This document shows positions 58,812-64,000 of a DNA stretch of 64,000 nucleotides, piece after piece; positions within the stretch are counted from its first letter, which is position 1, and each line of letters starts with the position of its first letter. The stretch is from an uncultured Bacteroidales bacterium. GTDB lineage: Bacteria; Bacteroidota; Bacteroidia; Bacteroidales; VadinHA17. The translations under genes and the position numbers were made by a program. Under the pieces are notes generated by a model, which was given only the letters and a program-made list of their open reading frames with translations, did not search any database and was not told where the DNA came from. The stretch is from the NCBI GenBank assembly GCA_963760915.1, contig CAVXEU010000002.1:1670132-1734131 (forward strand). Direction: 5' to 3'.

Positions 58812-58846
58812 TTAAACAGAAAAGGCACCTGAAATAAAGGTGCCTT
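58812..58846 (-). terminator. intrinsic terminator of rny
   Basis: On the minus strand, AAGGCACC-TTATTTCA-GGTGCCTT (8 bp stem) is followed by TTTCTGTTT. It starts about 20 nt after the rny stop codon. Confidence 0.7.
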
Positions 58847-58864
58847 CTTAACTTCTGATAATTT

Positions 58865-60427
58865 TTATTTCGCGAAATTGACTGCCCGTGTCTCACGGAT
58901 AACGGTAATTTTTATTTGTCCTGGATAGGTCATCTCGTTCTGGATCTTTCTTGCAATTTCAAATGAAAGACCCTCTGCTTCCTTATCTGTAACTTTTTCA
59001 GCACCCACAATCACGCGGAGTTCCCTCCCTGCCTGAATTGCATAAGTCTTCATTACACCGGGGTACTGAAGCGCTAACGATTCCAGTTCCTTCAGTCTTT
59101 TAATATAAGATTCCACCACTTCACGTCTTGCACCTGGCCTGGCACCTGAAATAGCATCGCATACCTGAACAATGGGTGCTATCAGAGTTGTCATTTCAGT
59201 TTCATCATGATGAGAACCTATTGCATTGCAAATTTCTGGTTTCTCTTTGAATTTTTCAGCCAGTTTCATTCCAAGTATTGCATGTGGCAATTCCGGCTCA
59301 TCGTCGGGTACTTTGCCTATGTCATGAAGAAGTCCGGCTCTTTTTGCAAGTTTTGGATTCAGACCAAGCTCTGCCGCCATAATAGCACAAAGATTTGCTA
59401 CTTCTCTCGAGTGCATCAGAAGGTTTTGACCATATGATGATCTATATTTCATTTTACCGATTAACCTTATAAGCTCAGGGTGCAAACCATGAATACCAAG
59501 ATCTATTGTAGTTCTTTTTCCTACCTCGAGTATTTCCTCTTCTACCTGCTTCCTTGTCTTTTCAACCATCTCTTCAATCCTTGCAGGATGGATTCTGCCG
59601 TCAGTAACAAGCTGATGCAGAGCAAGTCTGGCAACCTCCCTTCTGACCGGATCAAATGCTGACAGAACGATAGCTTCAGGTGTATCATCCACAATAATTT
59701 CTACACCGGTCGCTGCTTCCAAAGCCCTGATATTACGGCCTTCCCTACCAATTATCCGTCCTTTCATTTCATCAGATTCTATATGGAATACTGTTACTGC
59801 ATTTTCAATTGCGTTTTCAGCTGCCACTCTTTGAATCGTTTGAACCACAATCCTTTTCGCCTCTTTGTTTGCCGTCATCTTGGCTTCATCGAGAATTTCG
59901 TTAATATATGACATAGCATCTGTTTTTGCCTCCTCTTTCAAAGATTCTATCAGATGGTTCTTAGCTTCTTCTGCAGAAAAGCCTGAAATAGATTCAAGCT
60001 GGTCGACCTGCTGCTTATGCAGCCGGGCAACTTCTTCAGATTTTTTCTCAACAAGTTCAAGCTGTGAAGTAAGGTTTTCCTTTATGGCTTCAGCTTCATT
60101 CTTCTTGCGCTGTGTCTCCTCTAGTTTTTGAGAGAGAGAGAGTTCTTTCTGTTTAATCCTGCTCTCTGCCTGTCCAATCCTGCTATTCTTCTCATTTATT
60201 ACCTTTTCATGTTCAGTTTTCAGTTGAAGAAATCTTTCTTTTGCCTGTAGAATCTTTTCCTTTCTGATCACTTCAGCTTCAGCTTCAGCTTCACTTACAA
60301 TCTTCAGCCGTCTGTTTTTCAGTGCAATCTGCCATACAAGGTATGAAGCACCGAAACCAATAACGAGCGCTGATAAACAAGAAACGATCAGCAATCCGTT
60401 AGTTAATGGTCCTATTATTAAAGTCAT
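58865..60427 (-). CDS. rny: ribonuclease Y
   Basis: N-terminal TM helix, a long coiled coil, a KH domain ([15 protein letters not shown]) and an HD domain (HSREVANL...LLHDIGK). Confidence 0.95.
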   Translation of the reverse strand: MTLIIGPLTNGLLIVSCLSALVIGFGASYLVWQIALKNRRLKIVSEAEAEAEVIRKEKILQAKERFLQLKTEHEKVINEKNSRIGQAESRIKQKELSLSQKLEETQRKKNEAEAIKENLTSQLELVEKKSEEVARLHKQQVDQLESISGFSAEEAKNHLIESLKEEAKTDAMSYINEILDEAKMTANKEAKRIVVQTIQRVAAENAIENAVTVFHIESDEMKGRIIGREGRNIRALEAATGVEIIVDDTPEAIVLSAFDPVRREVARLALHQLVTDGRIHPARIEEMVEKTRKQVEEEILEVGKRTTIDLGIHGLHPELIRLIGKMKYRSSYGQNLLMHSREVANLCAIMAAELGLNPKLAKRAGLLHDIGKVPDDEPELPHAILGMKLAEKFKEKPEICNAIGSHHDETEMTTLIAPIVQVCDAISGARPGARREVVESYIKRLKELESLALQYPGVMKTYAIQAGRELRVIVGAEKVTDKEAEGLSFEIARKIQNEMTYPGQIKITVIRETRAVNFAK

Positions 60428-60457
60428 TATTTATCCAATTTTTAGTATATATATAAT

Positions 60458-60657
60458 AAAAAACCCGCAAAGTTCCTCCAGCTTTTATAAAACCCCATGT
60501 CTGAATGGCTGGAGCTACTAACACAGTTTGAACTTCCACTGTTCCGCCTTTCGGCGGAAGCCCGACGAATCGGGATGAGGCCTGTTCTAGTTGAATTAAG
60601 GTTGCTCCAAAGTTTTAACTGTTGAGTTTCAAAAATGAATGAAGAAACAATGCGGGC
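60458..60657 (-). ncRNA. candidate structured RNA of about 200 nt, 6S (SsrS)-like rod with paired 5' and 3' ends
   Basis: All on the minus strand. 5' GCCCGCAUUGUUUC pairs with 3' GGAACUUUGCGGGU, followed by a U6 run. There is an internal 10 bp helix, CAGUUAAAACUU/AAGUUCAAACUG. Two adjacent hairpins carry UUCG and GAAA tetraloops (CCCGAUUCGUCGGG, CCGCCGAAAGGCGG). A 3'-side hairpin CUCCAGC...GCUGGAG faces an unpaired U-rich 5' strand. The candidate lies directly downstream of zapA, as ssrS does in E. coli. Confidence 0.45.
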
Positions 60658-60687
60658 AATTTAAGTTATCTATTTTAAAGAACGCAG

Positions 60688-60981
60688 TTACTCTTTTATA
60701 TCAAGAACCGAATCAATTTTCTGTATCAGTTCTTTTAAGGCATCAGGGAGGTAGTCTTTTTCAAGTTTTTCCTCTTCTTCTGTGAGTTTTATCACATATT
60801 GCAGGGAAGCCATTGCCAGAAAATCCTGGACATCCTTATCTGTGTACCGCTGCTTGTATTGCAGCACCTTCTCATTAATCATCCTGGCAGCTTTCCTGAT
60901 CTTCTCCTCATTTTCCCTTTCCACCTTCAATGGATAATATCTGTCAGCTACATTAACTCTGATCGAAAGCTTATCATCCAT
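60688..60981 (-). CDS. zapA: cell division protein ZapA
   Basis: LSIRVNVADRYYPLKVERENEEKIRKAARMINEKV matches the ZapA core. 97 aa. Confidence 0.8.
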   Translation of the reverse strand: MDDKLSIRVNVADRYYPLKVERENEEKIRKAARMINEKVLQYKQRYTDKDVQDFLAMASLQYVIKLTEEEEKLEKDYLPDALKELIQKIDSVLDIKE

Positions 60982-60990
60982 TGTTATATT

Positions 60991-61284
60991 TTATCTGTTT
61001 AAAAGAGCAACACATCTGTCAATTTCCCGCACAAGTTCTGTAATCTTCCTCTTTGCTTCAAAGGCATTTTCGCCTTCTCCCAACAATGCTCCTGATAATT
61101 TAACTCTATCGTAATTTAGTTCCAGTTCATTTATTCTTACATCCCGCTCATGAATACTTACTTTTAACTCTTCATTCACGTTTTTGACGGCTTCCAGTTC
61201 ATTCTTCAACTCATTATACCGATTTAACAATTCATCCAGTTTTCTGTTCAATACTATTAATTCCTCGTAACCCTGACCGGACAT
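60991..61284 (-). CDS. small coiled-coil protein (ZapB-like position upstream of zapA)
   Basis: 97 aa with heptad-rich sequence (LNRKLDELLNRYNELKNELEAVKNVNEELK) and no other motif. Confidence 0.4.
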   Translation of the reverse strand: MSGQGYEELIVLNRKLDELLNRYNELKNELEAVKNVNEELKVSIHERDVRINELELNYDRVKLSGALLGEGENAFEAKRKITELVREIDRCVALLNR

Positions 61285-61300
61285 AGTAAAATCTTTACTA

Positions 61301-61308
61301 CAAAATTA
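61301..61308 (-). promoter_or_regulatory. Bacteroidota -7 promoter box TAATTTTG
   Basis: The plus strand reads CAAAATTA, 17 nt upstream of the ATG at 61284 on the minus strand. Confidence 0.4.
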
Positions 61309-61370
61309 ACATTGTTAATGATATTTTCAAAAAATTGAGCGAAATAGTTTGGTCGGTTGTACCAGAAGTA

Positions 61371-61378
61371 TAGCTTTG
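61371..61378 (+). promoter_or_regulatory. Bacteroidota -7 box TAGCTTTG with a TTTG -33 element 19 nt upstream (61348-61351)
   Basis: Both elements are present at consensus spacing. They lie inside the ORF-track N-terminal extension of the M23 gene. Confidence 0.5.
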
Positions 61379-61408
61379 CACCTCTGTAAGCTTAATAAAT
61401 CCAGTGAT

Positions 61409-63130
61409 ATGCTTTTGACCAGATTTTATATCATCAGTCTTCTTTTCATCAATACATTAAACTACAACCCTGGCAATAATCCGGATTTTATATCCCCTGT
61501 AAAAATCCCGTTGCTCTTTTCAGCAAATTTTGGTGAACTGAGGGTAGATCACTTCCACTCGGGAGTAGATATAAAAACTCAGGGGACTATCGGTAAAGAG
61601 GTCGTTGCAGCAGCTGATGGATATATTTACAGGATAAGCGTTTCTCCGGGAGGATTTGGAAACGCGCTTTATATCAGACATTCTTCAGGGTATTCAACAG
61701 TATATGGCCACCTTGACAGATTCACTCCAGAGGTGGAAGAGTATGTAAGATCACAACAATATGACAGAAAAAGCTTCCTGGTTACATTGTTTCCTTCAAA
61801 AGAAAAATTCCCGGTTAAACAAGGTGAACTTATAGCATATTCAGGTAATTCCGGTAGTTCAGGCGGTCCACATCTACATTTCGAAATAAGAAAATCAGAT
61901 AACGAGGTTCCACTTAATCCACTGCTGTTTGAATTTGGATCAGTAGATAATATTAATCCTGTAATTGAAAAGCTTGCAATTTACCCCGCTGACAGACATT
62001 CAATCATAAATAACAAGCACCTCACCAGGAAAATCAATGTTTCAGGAGGACATGGGAAATATTATATCCCGGATGATAACGAAATCATTATAAGCGGTCG
62101 TGCCGGCTTTGGAATTAAAGCTTTCGATATGCTTAATGGCAGCAGCAACAAATGTGCCCTTTACTCAATAGAACTCAGTATAGATAGTGTGCCGATATTT
62201 AAATATATTATGGATGGATTCTCTTTTAATGAATCAAGATATGTTAACAGTCATATAGATTATGAGACTTATCAAAAAGAAAACATTTACATTGAAAGGG
62301 CTTTTGTACTTCCAAACGATAAACTGAGCGTCTATAAAGATGTTATTAACAGAGGTATATACAACTTCAACGATGACAAAACTCATCGTGCAATAATTAT
62401 TGTAAGTGATGCTCAAAACAATAAATCAGTATTATCATTTCTGATCAGATCGCAATCAGGAAATTCAAATGAATTACCAGCATCAGTTGATAATAATCTG
62501 AAAATGATGACATTTAACAGAAGCAATAGATTTTCCTCAGAAAATATTATGGTTAACATTCCCTCAGGAGCTCTGTATGATACTTTGTATTTCTCATATA
62601 AGAAGAGCCCGGGAAGCAAAGAGATGTTATCTGAGCTGCACTCTGTCCATAACAAATACACACCGGTTCACAAAGCCTATACTCTTTCAATAAAACCAGT
62701 TATCATTCCGGCAGGGAAGGAGTCAAAAATGCTTATTGCAGAGCTGGGCGACAATCATAAAATTAGTGCACTAAACAGCAGCTGGCAGGATGGATATCTT
62801 ACCGCTGAACCATTATCATTTGGCAATTTTTTTATCGGGATTGACACAGTTGCTCCTGTAATCTCAGCAATCGGATTTATTTCCGGAGCAGATCTCACAG
62901 GCAGGAAAGAACTGAAAATCAGGATCTCTGACGATTTTTCCGGAATAAAAACTTATGAGCCTTCAGTTGACGGAAAATGGGCTTTGTTTGAATATGATCA
63001 AAAAAACAACCTGCTCATTTACCGGTTTGATGATAAAAGGATTAACAGGGGATCAAAGCATAATCTTATACTAAAAGTAACTGATAACAAGGATAATAAC
63101 AGTATTTATAACTGCACCTTTACATGGTAG
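61409..63130 (+). CDS. M23 family metallopeptidase with large C-terminal extension
   Basis: HFHSGVDIKT (HxxxD) and GGPHLHFEIR (HxH). The track start at 61349 is a TTG upstream of the promoter box. The ATG at 61409 gives the hydrophobic N-terminus MLLTRFYIISLLFI. Confidence 0.85.
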   Translation: MLLTRFYIISLLFINTLNYNPGNNPDFISPVKIPLLFSANFGELRVDHFHSGVDIKTQGTIGKEVVAAADGYIYRISVSPGGFGNALYIRHSSGYSTVYGHLDRFTPEVEEYVRSQQYDRKSFLVTLFPSKEKFPVKQGELIAYSGNSGSSGGPHLHFEIRKSDNEVPLNPLLFEFGSVDNINPVIEKLAIYPADRHSIINNKHLTRKINVSGGHGKYYIPDDNEIIISGRAGFGIKAFDMLNGSSNKCALYSIELSIDSVPIFKYIMDGFSFNESRYVNSHIDYETYQKENIYIERAFVLPNDKLSVYKDVINRGIYNFNDDKTHRAIIIVSDAQNNKSVLSFLIRSQSGNSNELPASVDNNLKMMTFNRSNRFSSENIMVNIPSGALYDTLYFSYKKSPGSKEMLSELHSVHNKYTPVHKAYTLSIKPVIIPAGKESKMLIAELGDNHKISALNSSWQDGYLTAEPLSFGNFFIGIDTVAPVISAIGFISGADLTGRKELKIRISDDFSGIKTYEPSVDGKWALFEYDQKNNLLIYRFDDKRINRGSKHNLILKVTDNKDNNSIYNCTFTW

Positions 63131-63184
63131 AAACTACCGGAGCATTCAGTCAATACTTAATAAATCAGTACTGATTTTTCACCA

Positions 63185-64000
63185 TTAATCTTCTTTGGCA
63201 ATATCAATATCATGTTTAACCCATTCCGTTATTTTAACCCAATCAACTAAACCAACCCGGTTCGTCCACAATGGATTTATATTTTGGTGCAAAGCTGTCT
63301 CCGTATATTTGCTCCAGTAATCCAATGCACTGACAAGCTCCTCAACAGCAGCTTCCTGATATTTTTTGTCTTTAGTCTCCCTATATAGAGCAAGTTGTGT
63401 TGAACCTGAAATTTTGTACGCATAGTATTTCCCCAAACAGGCCATGGTACGTATATCGTTTATAGTGGCTTTCAATTCATTATCATCACCGGCATCCATA
63501 GATTCAAGCAATTCCATTGATTTATCCGAGTAGTCATGTAATTTCCGGGCAACCTGGAATGGACTTTCCAGATCGGAAGTACCTCCTGTGGTAAACATTT
63601 TAACATAATCAGGAATAGATTGAAAACCTGATGCTGGGTGCGGAGGAAGATTGATAAAGCGATTTACATCGTGAAAACCTGTATTATTTTGGGCATAGTC
63701 AGAACGGCTTTTGCACGCCTCAATATACCATTGAAAATCGAGCGCTCCCCAGTGAAAACCGGTTGTCGTCGGATAAATCATTGATGCTTCCTGCCAGGCA
63801 GTAAAAAGCTTTTGCGCATCAACTTCGGGGAAATGATTTTGTAGGATTTGAACAAATCGCTCATCTGTAATTTCAGGATTGTATCCCAGACGGCCCCACA
63901 TCATCCAATGGTACCAATGCTTCACAATTTCAATCTGGCGAGGAGAACCTGCTTCCTTCATAGTAAATTCACGCCCCCATATCCACTGGTCTGAACCATA
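63185..64000 (-). CDS. hypothetical protein, C-terminal part only (N-terminus beyond window); possibly the tail domain of a carbohydrate-active enzyme
   Basis: The reading frame stays open from 63961 to the window end (YGSDQWIWGREFTMKEAG...). The WGRLGYNPEI-type segment recalls C-terminal domains of some Bacteroidota glycoside hydrolases. That link is weak. Confidence 0.4.
   Translation of the reverse strand, partial: YGSDQWIWGREFTMKEAGSPRQIEIVKHWYHWMMWGRLGYNPEITDERFVQILQNHFPEVDAQKLFTAWQEASMIYPTTTGFHWGALDFQWYIEACKSRSDYAQNNTGFHDVNRFINLPPHPASGFQSIPDYVKMFTTGGTSDLESPFQVARKLHDYSDKSMELLESMDAGDDNELKATINDIRTMACLGKYYAYKISGSTQLALYRETKDKKYQEAAVEELVSALDYWSKYTETALHQNINPLWTNRVGLVDWVKITEWVKHDIDIAKED

Noticed and set aside
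63162-63177. 16 nt perfect palindrome AAATCAGTACTGATTT between the convergent M23 and partial genes, considered as a bidirectional terminator
   Set aside because: The stem would be only 6 A/T-rich base pairs with a 4 nt loop and has no proper flanking U tract on both sides. That is too weak to call.

Overview
This 64 kb window looks like a Bacteroidota (Bacteroidales-like) chromosome. The assignment rests on gene content (DUF4293, DUF1343/NamZ, a FISUMP-domain lipoprotein), TAnnTTTG promoter boxes close to start codons, and an A+T-rich sequence. From 1 to about 16.1 kb the genes are ordinary housekeeping ones: a 5'-nucleotidase-like lipoprotein, an S9 peptidase, NamZ-like DUF1343, an orphan receiver, a GroES-like protein, YigZ, pyrBI, a complete RND efflux operon and a nucleoside phosphorylase. 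From about 16.2 to 58.8 kb there is one very large surface-glycan biosynthesis region, with about 40 genes almost all on the minus strand. It seems to be at least three fused polysaccharide modules: two Wzx flippases, three Wzy/Wzy_C-type membrane proteins, and two different initiating phosphoglycosyl transferases. It also encodes GDP-fucose and CDP-6-deoxyhexose pathways, UDP-HexNAc-modifying enzymes, methyl- and acetyltransferases and deacetylase-like proteins. The region is interrupted at 40.5-42.7 kb by a frameshifted FISUMP-domain lipoprotein gene, which is bracketed by two direct copies of a miniature IS5-like element. From 58.8 to 64 kb the window carries rny, a roughly 200 nt 6S-like structured RNA candidate downstream of zapA, a small coiled-coil gene, an M23 peptidase and a partial ORF. 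I found no rRNA, tRNA or CRISPR array. The most unusual items are: (1) a Wzy_C/O-antigen-ligase-like protein whose periplasmic loop carries a tandem duplicated beta-sandwich-like module; (2) the MITE-bracketed lipoprotein cassette; (3) an fcl gene with G+C-rich in-frame insertions, including a heptanucleotide repeat; (4) a cytidylyltransferase-GHMP kinase fusion; (5) the 6S-like RNA. All functional calls come from reading motifs in the supplied translations and my own translations. No database search was run.
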